Source of the DNA: Candidatus Marinacidobacterium sp.
GTDB lineage: Bacteria; Acidobacteriota; Vicinamibacteria; Marinacidobacterales; Marinacidobacteraceae
Assembly (NCBI GenBank): GCA_965250045.1
Contig: OZ252286.1
Location: 434,355 to 498,354 of the forward strand
Direction: 5' to 3'
Length of the DNA: 64,000 nt
Every line of letters begins with the position of its first letter. The first letter of the stretch is position 1. The notes under the pieces were generated by a model. The model was not told where the DNA came from. It ran no database searches and saw only the letters and a program-made list of their open reading frames with translations. Both the position numbers and the translations under genes were made by a program. Below, piece after piece: positions 8,090-20,445 of this stretch.

Positions 8090-8764
8090 CTAGATCCCCA
8101 TCAGGCGGGCGACGCGGCCGAGAGCCACTCCCGAGGCGGCGTGACCCCAGAAGATGCCCGGGATCAGCCCGATCCCGCAGAGCGCGGAACTGGCGGTCGA
8201 CAACACCTCGATCAGGATCACGATCAACAGGAAGATGACGTAGGTCCCGAGGTGGGCCTGGATCAGGCGGAGGTTTTCCTGGAACCCGAACGCCGATCGG
8301 ATCTCGTTACTGGCGACCATCCGCGCCACGGCCACCGGCATGAGCGCGTAGGCGAGCAGGCTCAGCAGCAGAGTCAACGGACCGAGGACCACGTTCGCGA
8401 GCGCGCCCAGCACCGGGATGAAGCCGAGGATGCCGATGACTACCGTCAAGGCGAGCACCGGCAGGAGATAGCCGAGAATCACGCCGAGCACGCGCAGCCC
8501 GTCACCCAGTATCTGGCCGAGATCTCCCCACTCCGGCATCGGGTGCTCCTCGCCATTGCGGGCGCGCTGCGCCGTTTGGAACAAGAAGCCGAGGAGAGCG
8601 AGCAGACCAAGTCCGAAGAACAAGATGCCGATCACCGCGAGGCACCCGCCGAGGAACTTCGGCAAGGCTCGCGGATCCCGGAAGGAGCCTCCGAGAATGT
8701 CTCCGAGATCCAGGGTTCCGGACGCGGCGGCCCTGCCGTTCGGGGTGGGCTGTTCTTGGGTCAT
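8090..8764 (-). CDS. DUF4013-like membrane protein (paralog 2)
   Basis: Start MTQEQ preceded by GGGAGAA. Motifs SFRDPRALPKFL, GEEHPMPEW, DGLRVLG. Confidence 0.7.
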   Translation of the reverse strand: MTQEQPTPNGRAAASGTLDLGDILGGSFRDPRALPKFLGGCLAVIGILFFGLGLLALLGFLFQTAQRARNGEEHPMPEWGDLGQILGDGLRVLGVILGYLLPVLALTVVIGILGFIPVLGALANVVLGPLTLLLSLLAYALMPVAVARMVASNEIRSAFGFQENLRLIQAHLGTYVIFLLIVILIEVLSTASSALCGIGLIPGIFWGHAASGVALGRVARLMGI

Positions 8765-8794
8765 GTTGTTCTCCCTGTTCACCCGTAACGACTC

Positions 8795-9646
8795 TTAGTC
8801 GGCAGCGGTTTCCGCGGTTTCCGCGGCCTCCACCTCGATCCCCATGATGCGGCCGGCCTGGCCGATCGCGGCGCCGGAAGCCGCGAAGGCCCAGAAGAGG
8901 CCGGGCACCAGGCCCACCAGGAAGAGCGACAACGAGGCGCTGGCGAGGATCGCGAACAGAACGAGGATCAGCAGGAGCAGGATGTACGTCCCGGGGTGGA
9001 CGCGGATCCGCCGCAGACTGTTGACCCAACCGAGCGCCGGCCGGATCCGGCCGGTGGCCGCCAACTGCATGAACCCCGCAGGGAGGAGCGCCTTGGCGAA
9101 GCCGGCCAGCAACACCACGAACCAGCCGGTGACCACCAGACCGAAGACGGCGGACGCTCCGATGAGGCCGGCTCCCGCGACCGGGACCGCAACCAACTCG
9201 GGAAGGATTTCGCCAAAGACATCGGGGCCGACCCCGATCTCCGTCACGGCGCCGACGACCCCGGCCAGGACCCCGCCGGCAATCCCGACCGCGATCATCC
9301 CGATCAGGAAGCTCACCAGGAAGAGCCCGCCCCCGATTACCGCCACCACGGCGCCATAGACGAGGGCGACTGCCAGCGCCCGAAGACCGTCGGCGAGCTG
9401 GCTGGCCCACGCATTCCAGCCCGGCATCGGGTGTTCGTCGCCGCGCAGCGCGCCGCGCGCCGTCTGGACGGCGAACCCGAGCAGCAGCAGCAGCCCGAAC
9501 CCCAAAAACGGGATCAGCAGAACCGCAACACAACCGATCCCCCACTTGCGGAACGCCATCGGGTCTCGGAAGGCGAACCCGAACAGGAAGCCGAGGTCGA
9601 TTCGTGCCCGCGGCGTGCCGGCAGCGGTGGTTGCGTCGTCGTTCAT
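8795..9646 (-). CDS. DUF4013-like membrane protein (paralog 3)
   Basis: Motifs [47 protein letters not shown] hairpin sits immediately 5' of the start. Confidence 0.7.
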   Translation of the reverse strand: MNDDATTAAGTPRARIDLGFLFGFAFRDPMAFRKWGIGCVAVLLIPFLGFGLLLLLGFAVQTARGALRGDEHPMPGWNAWASQLADGLRALAVALVYGAVVAVIGGGLFLVSFLIGMIAVGIAGGVLAGVVGAVTEIGVGPDVFGEILPELVAVPVAGAGLIGASAVFGLVVTGWFVVLLAGFAKALLPAGFMQLAATGRIRPALGWVNSLRRIRVHPGTYILLLLILVLFAILASASLSLFLVGLVPGLFWAFAASGAAIGQAGRIMGIEVEAAETAETAAD

Positions 9647-9699
9647 CGTGGCCCCCGGAGGGGCCGCTCGCCGTTATCCTTACCGCCCCTCACTGGCCG

Positions 9700-12414
<2,715 letters not shown>

Positions 12415-12441
12415 TCGCCACCCCGGCTGGTTCCGGCGCGA

Positions 12442-13422
12442 TCAGCGGGCCGAAGTCGGAGTCTCGCCGGCGAGGATCCGCCGGAAGACGCCCATTTCGA
12501 TATTCCCGCCGGAAACGACGCAGACGATCCGGCGCTTTCGGCCTTCTTCGCCCGGACGGATCGGCACCCGGCCGGCCACCGCCACCGCCACCGGGCTCGC
12601 GCCGGCGCCCTCCGCCACGATCCGGCTCCGCCCCGCCAGAATGCGAACCGCGTCTGCGATCTCGTCGGGGGACGCGAGCAGCGGCTCGTCGAGAAGCTCC
12701 TGGACCAGCGGCCACATCGGCTCCAATACGGTGTTCCCGCCGATCCCGTCCACGAAGCTGGGCTCGGTGTCGATCCATTGAGGAGACCCGTGTTCAACCG
12801 CGGCCACCACCTTGGCTGAGGTAGTGACTTCCACGGGATGCACGCGCGCCGCCGAGCCCTTCTGCCGGAGGGCGCTAGAAATGCCGCAGCTAAGCCCGCC
12901 GCCTCCGAAGGGCACCAGTACGGCGTCCACGTTCGGCAGATCTTCGAGAATCTCCAGTCCGGCGGTGCCGTTGCCGGCCATCACCGGATCCCCTTCCACC
13001 GGGTGAACGAAGCGGGCGTCGGATCCCGGGTGGGTGTGGGTGACGATCGCCTTCCACCACTCGGCGAACGGCTCCACCACGACCTCCGCCCCGAGGGCCG
13101 CGATGGCCTGACGCTTGTTCTCCGGGGACGTCTCGGGCACAACCACAGTGCAGGGGACTCCCCGCTCCCGCGCCATGAAGGCAGCCGCCTGTGCCCAGTT
13201 CCCGGCGCTCGCGGTCACCACCCCGCGCGAGAGTTCCGCGTCGTCAAAGGACGCGAAGAGGTTGGCGGCAGCGCGGATCTTGAAACAGGCGAAGGGCTGG
13301 AGGTTCTCCAGCTTCAGCCAGATCTCGTCCGGGCCGTCCACCGGCAGCCGGACCAGCGGCGTCCGGACCGCGTAGGGGGCGATCCGCGAACGAGCCGCTT
13401 CGATTTGTTCCAGGGGGATCAT
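12442..13422 (-). CDS. PLP-dependent threonine/serine dehydratase-family enzyme
   Basis: Lys-containing motif FACFKIRAA (PLP site) and glycine-rich loop PFGGGGL. About 320 aa, typical of catabolic threonine dehydratase or serine racemase-like enzymes. Confidence 0.8.
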   Translation of the reverse strand: MIPLEQIEAARSRIAPYAVRTPLVRLPVDGPDEIWLKLENLQPFACFKIRAAANLFASFDDAELSRGVVTASAGNWAQAAAFMARERGVPCTVVVPETSPENKRQAIAALGAEVVVEPFAEWWKAIVTHTHPGSDARFVHPVEGDPVMAGNGTAGLEILEDLPNVDAVLVPFGGGGLSCGISSALRQKGSAARVHPVEVTTSAKVVAAVEHGSPQWIDTEPSFVDGIGGNTVLEPMWPLVQELLDEPLLASPDEIADAVRILAGRSRIVAEGAGASPVAVAVAGRVPIRPGEEGRKRRIVCVVSGGNIEMGVFRRILAGETPTSAR

Positions 13423-13454
13423 GGGCGCGGGAGTCTAAGCGCGGACGCCGGTGG

Positions 13455-13555
13455 CGGCCCGGAGGCCGCCTGCCGCCCGGAGGCCGCCTGCCGCCCGGAG
13501 GCCGCCTGCCGCCCGGAGGCCAACTGCCGCCCGGAGGCCGACTGCCGCCGCGAGC
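13455..13555. repeat. Tandem repeat, 18-bp unit CCGGAGGCCGCCTGCCGC, about 5.5 copies. The last two copies are variant.
   Basis: Seen directly. Lies in the intergenic gap between the coaX stop and the dehydratase start. Confidence 0.85.
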
Positions 13556-13599
13556 GCGGCCGGACCATGCGCTACAAGTCGGGCGCTACGAGCCGGGCG

Positions 13600-14370
13600 C
13601 TAGTCCGCAGCCTGTCGGGAGTACACGATTCGGATCCCCTCCAGCGTCAGGCGTTCGTTCACGACGTCCACCACTCCGCTCCAGTCGGCCACCTGCTGAG
13701 CGAGCCCGCCGGTGGCAATCACCGTGTAGTTCCCGCCGAGTTCCTCCTTCAGCAGCCGGACCATCTCGCGCACCATTCCGGTCCAGCCGAGGACGAGCCC
13801 GGACTGCATGGCGGCGACGGTGTGCGTCCCGACGACGCGCTTCGGCGGCCGGAGTTCCACCCGTGGCAGGGCGGCCGTCCGCCGGACCAGCGCTTCGGCG
13901 GAAACCCCGAGTCCGGGCGCGATGGCCCCGCCCCGGTATTCCCCTTCCTCGGACACCACATCGAAGGTGAGCGCGGTACCCGCATCCAGGACGATGGCCG
14001 CGACTCCGTAGAGGTGATGGACCGCCGCGGTGTTGGCGATGCGGTCCGGACCGGTCTCCTCGGGAGTGTCCACCGCCAGGCGAATCCCGCGGGCGGTCTT
14101 GTGGTTCAGGACGAAGAGGCGGTTCCCGAAGTGACGCTCCGCGAGGTTTCGCAGAATCTCGGTGGCCGAGGGGACCACGCTGGCGGCGGCCAGCCCGTGA
14201 ATGTCCTCCCGCGAAACCCCTGCCCCGGTGAGGAAGCTGTCGAGCAGCGCCGCGGTCTCGTCGGCCAGCCGCTCGGCCTGGGTGGAAATCCGCCAGTCGC
14301 AGACCCAGCGCTCGCCGTCATGGAGGCCGATGGCGGTCTTGGTGTTGCCGACGTCGAAGACGAGGAGCAT
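13600..14370 (-). CDS. coaX: type III pantothenate kinase
   Basis: MLLVFDVGNTKTAIG N-terminus (the CoaX DVGNT motif). 256 aa. The upstream 100 codons of the ORF are a GC-driven extension. Confidence 0.9.
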   Translation of the reverse strand: MLLVFDVGNTKTAIGLHDGERWVCDWRISTQAERLADETAALLDSFLTGAGVSREDIHGLAAASVVPSATEILRNLAERHFGNRLFVLNHKTARGIRLAVDTPEETGPDRIANTAAVHHLYGVAAIVLDAGTALTFDVVSEEGEYRGGAIAPGLGVSAEALVRRTAALPRVELRPPKRVVGTHTVAAMQSGLVLGWTGMVREMVRLLKEELGGNYTVIATGGLAQQVADWSGVVDVVNERLTLEGIRIVYSRQAAD

Positions 14371-14398
14371 GGTTACCCGCTGAATGCTACGGGAATGG

Positions 14399-15355
14399 TC
14401 AGCCCGTCTCCGGATCGCCGGATGGGGGGCGCGCGGCGGTTGCGCGCCAGATCCCCGCGAGCACACTCCCGATGAGCGAATGGAAGAGGCTCGAAATGGC
14501 GCTCGGAACCGCAACCAGGGGGCTCGTGAAGTTCTGTCCGGCAAGGACCACCCCGAGCCCGGAGTTCTGCATTCCGACTTCGATCGAAACCGTGCGCGCC
14601 GTCGCGACCCGGCGCGAAACGAGCCGGGTGAGCGCATAGCCGAAGAAGAAACCTCCCGCGTGGAGCGCAAACACCGCCACGATCAGCAGGTCGCCCGACT
14701 CGAGGATGATCTCCCGGCTGGAGCCGATGATGGAAGCCACGATCAGCGTGATCAGCACCACGGACGTGAAGGGACCGAAGGGGAGGAGTACCCGGGTGAC
14801 ACCCCGGGCGTAGCGTCTCAGGAAGAGACCCGCCGCGATGGGAAGGATGACCACCTGAACCGTGCTGAGGAGCAGTCCGGCGGCCGGCACGTCAATCCGG
14901 CTGCTCGCGAGCATGGAGGTCATCGCCGGGGTCATGAGCACCGAGAGGCTCGTCGAGACCGCCGTCATGGATACCGAGAGGGGCACGTCGGCGAGGGCGA
15001 GATAGGAAATGACGTTCGAAGCCACCCCGCCGGGGCAACAGGAAACAAGGATCAGACCCACCGCGAACTCCCGTGGAAGATCCAGCGCCCAGGCCACCGT
15101 CCATCCCATCAGGGGCATCACCAGGTACTGAAGCACCACTCCGAGCCCGATGGGCGCCGGCCGTCGCAGGACACGCCGGAAGTCGTCCACTTCCAGCGTC
15201 AGTCCCATCCCCAGCATGATGAGACCCAGCCCGTAGGTGATCAGGTCGCCGCTGAACCAGGTGAAGATCTCCGGCCGCCACAGCGCCAGCAGGCTGGCCA
15301 GCAGAACCCAGACCGGAAACGCGAAGGTGCCGATCCGGAGAGCCCGGTGAAGCAT
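14399..15355 (-). CDS. bile acid:sodium symporter (BASS) family transporter
   Basis: About 10 TM helices. BASS-like motifs GLILVSCCPGG and NSGLGVVLAG. Confidence 0.8.
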   Translation of the reverse strand: MLHRALRIGTFAFPVWVLLASLLALWRPEIFTWFSGDLITYGLGLIMLGMGLTLEVDDFRRVLRRPAPIGLGVVLQYLVMPLMGWTVAWALDLPREFAVGLILVSCCPGGVASNVISYLALADVPLSVSMTAVSTSLSVLMTPAMTSMLASSRIDVPAAGLLLSTVQVVILPIAAGLFLRRYARGVTRVLLPFGPFTSVVLITLIVASIIGSSREIILESGDLLIVAVFALHAGGFFFGYALTRLVSRRVATARTVSIEVGMQNSGLGVVLAGQNFTSPLVAVPSAISSLFHSLIGSVLAGIWRATAARPPSGDPETG

Positions 15356-15808
15356 CGGGTGAGCTTAGTGGGGGGACGCTCGGCCGGAACGGTGCCGGGC
15401 GGCCGGACCTGTCGACTCCCGGCGCCGCACGTTCGCTGTGAGAATGCCGGCGCGCGGGACGCCGACAGCCCGGATGGCGCGCTGGCCAGGGAACGTCGGC
15501 CAGTTCTCCCGGTGGGGGCGTTCACACCGGCACCGCCCCGCGGAGCGGGGCGAGAGGGCGTAACGCCAACCGCGAAGAAGCGCGGGGACGGCTTGGAACG
15601 CCGACCTCCGGTCGGCACCCGCTGGCCTCCGGCCAGCGCACGGCGCATCGGTAAGTGGCGGTGTGGTTCCCCTCTCGGCACGTGCCCCACCGGGAGAACT
15701 GCCCAGAGGTCGGCCTTCCCTCGCCGGCAGCGCCATCAGCAGGGCTGGGGTACCAGGGGAACCTCCCCTTGCACCGCAACTGGGCTGGCGTTCCCTCCCG
15801 GTTTCCGC
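15356..15808. repeat. Intergenic mosaic of family-D and family-C REP-like palindromic units
   Basis: Contains GGGAACGTCGGCCAGTTCTCCCGGTGGGGGCGTTCACACCGGCACCGCC (the exact inverse of 37420-37490), GGAACGCCGACCTCCGGTCGGCACC, and CCCACCGGGAGAACTG. Confidence 0.6.
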
Positions 15809-16939
15809 CTACCGCCGTCTGGCGGTGAGGGTCAGCGACGGACGGTCGCCGCCGGCGTGAACGAAATCCAGAACGAGGCGGCCTTCGGCGTCCCGGTGGG
15901 GCAGCGCCGGCTGGTCCAGGGAAGTCAAAGCCCAACCGGGGGGCAGCACGATCCGCGTCCGGGGACGGGCCAGGAAACGGAGCAGCCGGAGGTCCCCGTC
16001 CTCGAGCAGTTCAAGACCCGGATTGATCGCGGTCTGGTAAAGCCGGACGCGCGCGCTCCCGCCCTCTGGAACCGGGTAGCCCAGATCGGCCACCAGGACC
16101 TTCACATCGGCGGGGAGGGGCTCCGGGGCATGCGGGATCGCGGCGGCCTCCTCCACAGACACGATTCGGGTCGGCAACTCGACCCCGCGATCCACGTCGA
16201 GGGTCACGGGGTCGAGGATCTCGTCGGTGGGAATCAGCACCGAGAACACGTGAGCCTGACCCGGGGTGTCCAAGAGCAGTTCCAGAGCGAGGCGCAGCCG
16301 GTGTTCGGCGGGATCCTCGAGCCAGTAGATGATGTTCTTCTCGTCTTCCGCCCGGAAGTCCCCCTCGCTGGGGCGGACTGCTCCCGGGTCTCCGGGTTCG
16401 AAATCGAGCCGGACCGGGAGGGGCTCCGGACCGGGATTCAGGATGCCCAATTTGAGCCGGCCGTCCTCCACGGCGGTCTGCACCGGAACCGTCGAACTCC
16501 GGAGGACCGTGCCCGGGGGCAGCACCACCGTGATCCGTCCCGGCGGTGCGGCGTGCTCGAAGATCAGCCCGGCGGCGTGGGGCCGGACGTAGTGGGGCCG
16601 GTCGGCGGTCTCCTCGATGCGGAGACGCCGTTCCGCCCGTTCTCCGAGCGTCGTCCCGAGCGCAATCCGGAGGGCCTCCCCCGTCGCCGTGGTCGAAAGG
16701 ACGGTGCCGGCGGCCCGGTCCGTAGCCACGGCTCGTTCGGGGACGCTCCCGTGCGACAGGAGGAACACATGTTCCTCGACCCCGGCGCCTTCCACGATGC
16801 GGTCCGAGACGATCCGGATCTCGCTTCCGTCGCCGATCTCGTAGCGAGTCGCCAGCGCCAGGCTACGGAACGGGTCATCCGCGGTGACCAGAGCTGCGAC
16901 CGGAACCGACACCAGCAGCGCGACGAGGGTTTTCTTCAT
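15809..16939 (-). CDS. secreted hypothetical protein, 376 aa, with signal peptide
   Basis: Start MKKTLVALLVSVPVAALVTA. The 148 codons upstream in the ORF overlap the repeat region and are rejected. Function unknown. Confidence 0.6.
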   Translation of the reverse strand: MKKTLVALLVSVPVAALVTADDPFRSLALATRYEIGDGSEIRIVSDRIVEGAGVEEHVFLLSHGSVPERAVATDRAAGTVLSTTATGEALRIALGTTLGERAERRLRIEETADRPHYVRPHAAGLIFEHAAPPGRITVVLPPGTVLRSSTVPVQTAVEDGRLKLGILNPGPEPLPVRLDFEPGDPGAVRPSEGDFRAEDEKNIIYWLEDPAEHRLRLALELLLDTPGQAHVFSVLIPTDEILDPVTLDVDRGVELPTRIVSVEEAAAIPHAPEPLPADVKVLVADLGYPVPEGGSARVRLYQTAINPGLELLEDGDLRLLRFLARPRTRIVLPPGWALTSLDQPALPHRDAEGRLVLDFVHAGGDRPSLTLTARRR

Positions 16940-17042
16940 GACGCGGCCAGCCTCCCGAACCAGCCTCGGGTAGTGTTGTGCCTCTTGTCCGCACCCCGCA
17001 AATCCGCCCCCAGCGGGCAGGGCTTCCGGTAATGAGGGAGTC

Positions 17043-18407
17043 ATGAACGGCGGGACGGCGAACGAGAAAGAACACCAGAGCTCCATCGCCGCATGGCGCG
17101 ACCACATGTTGCGGGCCGGCGAAGTCCCCGGCCCCGAACTGGACGAGTTGGAGCGAGCGCTTTCGGAGGAATTCGGCTCACTCCGGGAAGCGGGGCTCGA
17201 CGACGACGACGAAGCGTTCCTCGTCGCCCTGAAGCGGCTGGGCGAACGGCATGCCCCAACCCGCGAGTTCGCTCTCCCGTACGCCCGGAATCTCCTCGAC
17301 CGGCCCGCGGAGACGGCAGATTCCGGCCGGCGCTCCCGGACCGAACCGATGGTGGTCTTCGGACTCGCCGCGCTCGCCGCCATCGCGATCAGGCTCCCGG
17401 AGCTGTTCGGCTTTCCGCTTGAGGACGGCGGCGGGGTCTATGTGCGGAACCTGAGCCTCTTCGTCTTTCCGTGTCTCGCGGGCTATTTCGGGTGGAAGCG
17501 CCGGCTCGAAGTCCCGAGCGCGATCCGGGTCGGCCTCGCCTTCGTCGCGGCCGCTGTCCTGGTCAACGCCTTTCCGTTTGCCTCGGAAGGAGCGACCGAG
17601 TCGCTCGCCGCGCTGCATCTCCCGATCGCCCTGTGGATGGCCGTCGGGGTGGCCTACGCCGGCGGGCGCTGGAACAGCACCTCGCACCGCTTGAAGTTCG
17701 TGAGATTTTCCGGCGAACTGTTCATCCACTGCGTGCTGATCGGGCTCGGCGGCGTGGTGCTCATCGGGCTGACCATGATCACCTTCCGCGCGATCGGGGT
17801 GGACGCCGAACGGCTTGTGGAGGAGTGGGTGCTTCCCTCGGGAGCCCTGGGGGCGATCGTCGTCTCGGGTTGGCTCGCCGATACGAAAGCGAACGTGGCC
17901 GGGAACATGGCGCCGATGCTGACCCGCATCTTCACCCCGCTCTTCGCTGCGGTCCTGATCACGTTCCTCCTGACGATGGCCTGGGCGGGAACCGGCATCC
18001 GAATGGAGCGTGAGGTGCTCATCGGCTTCGATCTGCTCCTCGTGGTGGTCGTCGGGCTGGTTCTCTACGCAGTGGCGGCGCGGGCACCGGCCGCCCCGCC
18101 CGGCGCCTTCGATGGCCTTCAGCTCGTTCTCGTGATTTCCGCGCTCGCCGCGGACGCGCTGGCGCTCGGAGCGATCGGCGCCCGGATCTCCGAGTTCGGC
18201 TTCACCGCCAACCGGACCGCGGCCCTCGGCGTAAACCTGATCCTGTTCGCCAACCTTGCCGGATCGGCCTGGCTCACCCTCCAGTTTCTCCGGAGGCGCG
18301 GTTCGGGCGCCGCGCTCGAGCGCTGGCAGACCGCCTTCCTGCCGGTGTACGCCGGTTGGGCGGCGGTAGTCGTCGCCCTGTTTCCACCGCTGTTCGGCTA
18401 CCGCTAG
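17043..18407 (+). CDS. polytopic integral membrane protein of unknown function, with a roughly 110-aa soluble N-terminal domain
   Basis: SD GAGGGAG before the ATG. About 10 predicted TM segments. Transcribed divergently from the secreted protein gene. Confidence 0.65.
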   Translation: MNGGTANEKEHQSSIAAWRDHMLRAGEVPGPELDELERALSEEFGSLREAGLDDDDEAFLVALKRLGERHAPTREFALPYARNLLDRPAETADSGRRSRTEPMVVFGLAALAAIAIRLPELFGFPLEDGGGVYVRNLSLFVFPCLAGYFGWKRRLEVPSAIRVGLAFVAAAVLVNAFPFASEGATESLAALHLPIALWMAVGVAYAGGRWNSTSHRLKFVRFSGELFIHCVLIGLGGVVLIGLTMITFRAIGVDAERLVEEWVLPSGALGAIVVSGWLADTKANVAGNMAPMLTRIFTPLFAAVLITFLLTMAWAGTGIRMEREVLIGFDLLLVVVVGLVLYAVAARAPAAPPGAFDGLQLVLVISALAADALALGAIGARISEFGFTANRTAALGVNLILFANLAGSAWLTLQFLRRRGSGAALERWQTAFLPVYAGWAAVVVALFPPLFGYR

Positions 18408-18413
18408 CAGCCG

Positions 18414-19541
18414 GTGGCAGCACGGCCCATGAGAACCTCGTCCCCGGCGCGATCGCCCGGATCATCAATGCGTCCCCCTGACCCGCGCCGCTACCGCGCC
18501 CGGCGCCCGGTCATCGCGGTCGCGGGGTTCGTCTGCGCCCTGCTCCTGGAAAGCAGTCCCGGCTGGGGGTACCGCTTCTACCCTTCGCGCGACGAGGACT
18601 CCGTCGTCCCGCGCAGCGATGCGGCGAGGCGCTGGCAGTCGACCGTCTGGGGACCGGGAGATACCCTGGTCTGGCACTTGCTGGACGATCCGCTGTGGCT
18701 GGCCCATTTCTCGGGACCGGAGGAAGCGCTTCCCCTTGTTGAGGAATCGCTGGACGCGTGGGGGCGAATCCCGAGCACCGACGTGCGCTGGCGAGTTGAC
18801 GGGATCATCGTGGGAGAGCAGGTTCGGGGCGATGGCCGCAACACCGTGTCGGTGGAGGAAACGGAGGACTTCGCCGGGCAGGCACGACGGTGGAGTAGAA
18901 GGCGGCTAGGCGGACCTTGGGAAAGGGTGGAGTGTGATGTCGTGCTCGGTACCGTCTATCTTGAGAAGTTGGCGGGTACCGACGACAATCGCCTCAGCAC
19001 GCTCCTCCACGAGCTCGGGCACTGCCTTGGCCTGGCGCATGCGGCGGTGACCCCGACAGTCCGCTGGAATCGGAGCTGGACCGATTCGTCGGTCTGGCAA
19101 AAGGATCCCCAGATGTCCTATGGCAGGGACATTGACAACACCCTGGCCGAGGACGAGGCGATCGGCGCCTCGCTGTTACGTCCGGTGCGCGGATGGCTGC
19201 GAACCACTGGAAGCATCTCGGGACGGGTTCTGTCCGACAGCGGTCCGGCGGCCTTCGTCTCGGTCCATGTCCTGCGTAACAACGGCGGCAGGGCGCGGCC
19301 CGCCGTTCAGGTGTTCAGCAACGAAACCGGTGAATTCCTCACCGAGGGTCTCGCCCCCGGCGAGTACCTCCTCTGGATCCATCCGATGATCGCCCAGAGC
19401 GCCCATGGTCGCCTTCTCCAACGGGGTGACCCCCTGTCGGACCTGAACGACTCCCTCGAATTGCAGCTGCTCGTCGTGCGCGCCGGGCGGGAAACCCGGG
19501 CGGGCGAGTTGACCCTCTCGCACGGACGGGTCGTCCCGTGA
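18414..19541 (+). CDS. secreted metzincin-type zinc metalloprotease with a C-terminal carboxypeptidase-regulatory-like beta domain
   Basis: HELGHCLGLAH (HExxHxxGxxH). Signal-peptide-like RRPVIAVAGFVCALLL. SISGRVLSDSG is CarbopepD_reg-like. Confidence 0.75.
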   Translation: MAARPMRTSSPARSPGSSMRPPDPRRYRARRPVIAVAGFVCALLLESSPGWGYRFYPSRDEDSVVPRSDAARRWQSTVWGPGDTLVWHLLDDPLWLAHFSGPEEALPLVEESLDAWGRIPSTDVRWRVDGIIVGEQVRGDGRNTVSVEETEDFAGQARRWSRRRLGGPWERVECDVVLGTVYLEKLAGTDDNRLSTLLHELGHCLGLAHAAVTPTVRWNRSWTDSSVWQKDPQMSYGRDIDNTLAEDEAIGASLLRPVRGWLRTTGSISGRVLSDSGPAAFVSVHVLRNNGGRARPAVQVFSNETGEFLTEGLAPGEYLLWIHPMIAQSAHGRLLQRGDPLSDLNDSLELQLLVVRAGRETRAGELTLSHGRVVP

Positions 19542-20374
19542 GCCGCGCGGCGAGACTCCTGGGAGCACTTGGGGCGCTACTGGGGGCAGCCTGCGGCGGC
19601 GACAGCAGCGGGGCCGCGCCAAGTGTCGTCGCGCCGGTACCTCCGGCCGTGACCGTCTCCTTTGCCCGGGACGCCGTCACCGTTGGAGAAGGGGAGACCG
19701 CAGAAATCGAGGTGCGGTATCGCATCAACAGCCTCGCCAGTCCTCTCTCGCTCGTGGTCTCCCCACTCGACCAGGGCGCGGCACCGGAAGACTACGAGCT
19801 GTCTGCGACCAGCTTCGAGATCCCCGCCGGGCAGAGAGTGAGCGGAACCGCTGGGCTGGCGCTGACCGCGCTCCCGGACGGCCAGATCTCGGAAGGGGAA
19901 GAAGTCGTGGCTCTGCGCCTGGTGCCGCCGGGGAGCATCCGGGCGCAGCTCGATGACAACCTTGAGGTCACCATCGCCGATCGGCCGGGGGTTCCCTGTC
20001 CGGGAGTTGGGGTGCTGGCGTCCCCGATCGTCCCGCTGGACTCCGCCCCACAGTGGCTGACCACAACACTCGCGCTCCAGCGGGAACCGAGCGCCGGACG
20101 CATCCAGTTCGACTGGGAAGGACCGTACCTCCACGACCGGGAAAACTGTGACGATGATGCGTGCCGTGAGTGGTGGGAGGCCCGATCTCCCTATCTCGAA
20201 CTCAATGTGGTGGAGTGGCGGGTCGAGTCATCGTCTCGCGGAACGCATCACTCGATGGACATCGAGTGGTTCCAGTCCAAGACCGCCCACCTCCGGTTCC
20301 GTTCCCCGGACGGGGCCTGCGAAGGCGCACCGACGGTTGTCTGCAACGACTCCGGCTGCGAACTGCACCGGTAG
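19538..20374 (+). CDS. lipoprotein with a Calx-beta-like domain. Its start overlaps the protease stop by 4 bp, so the two are an operon.
   Basis: Lipobox LLGAACGG. VTVGEGETAEIEVRY is Calx-beta-like. Confidence 0.65.
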   Translation: MSRAARLLGALGALLGAACGGDSSGAAPSVVAPVPPAVTVSFARDAVTVGEGETAEIEVRYRINSLASPLSLVVSPLDQGAAPEDYELSATSFEIPAGQRVSGTAGLALTALPDGQISEGEEVVALRLVPPGSIRAQLDDNLEVTIADRPGVPCPGVGVLASPIVPLDSAPQWLTTTLALQREPSAGRIQFDWEGPYLHDRENCDDDACREWWEARSPYLELNVVEWRVESSSRGTHHSMDIEWFQSKTAHLRFRSPDGACEGAPTVVCNDSGCELHR

Positions 20375-20445
20375 CTGGTTCCGGGCGCACCGCGATGTCC
20401 ACTTGACATCAACATGGAGGCATATGTTGCTGCCATGATGCTCCT

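Noticed and set aside
12415-12441. Terminator between convergent acnA and the dehydratase gene
   Set aside because: The spacer is only 27 bp, with only a weak partial inverted repeat (GATCGCC…GGCGCGATC) and no U-tract.
13455-13555. CRISPR array
   Set aside because: The 18-bp units are directly tandem with no unique spacers. The same is true of the 62-bp array at 37108-37275. No cas genes are present.
14384-17032. 882-aa plus-strand ORF, with similar giant ORFs at 8502..9545, 21531..23051, 36099..37229, 43558..44841, 45064..46287 and 46146..47168
   Set aside because: These are antisense or out-of-frame to well-supported conserved genes, have low-complexity Arg/Pro/Gly-rich composition, and have no homolog-like motifs. 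They are GC-content artefacts.
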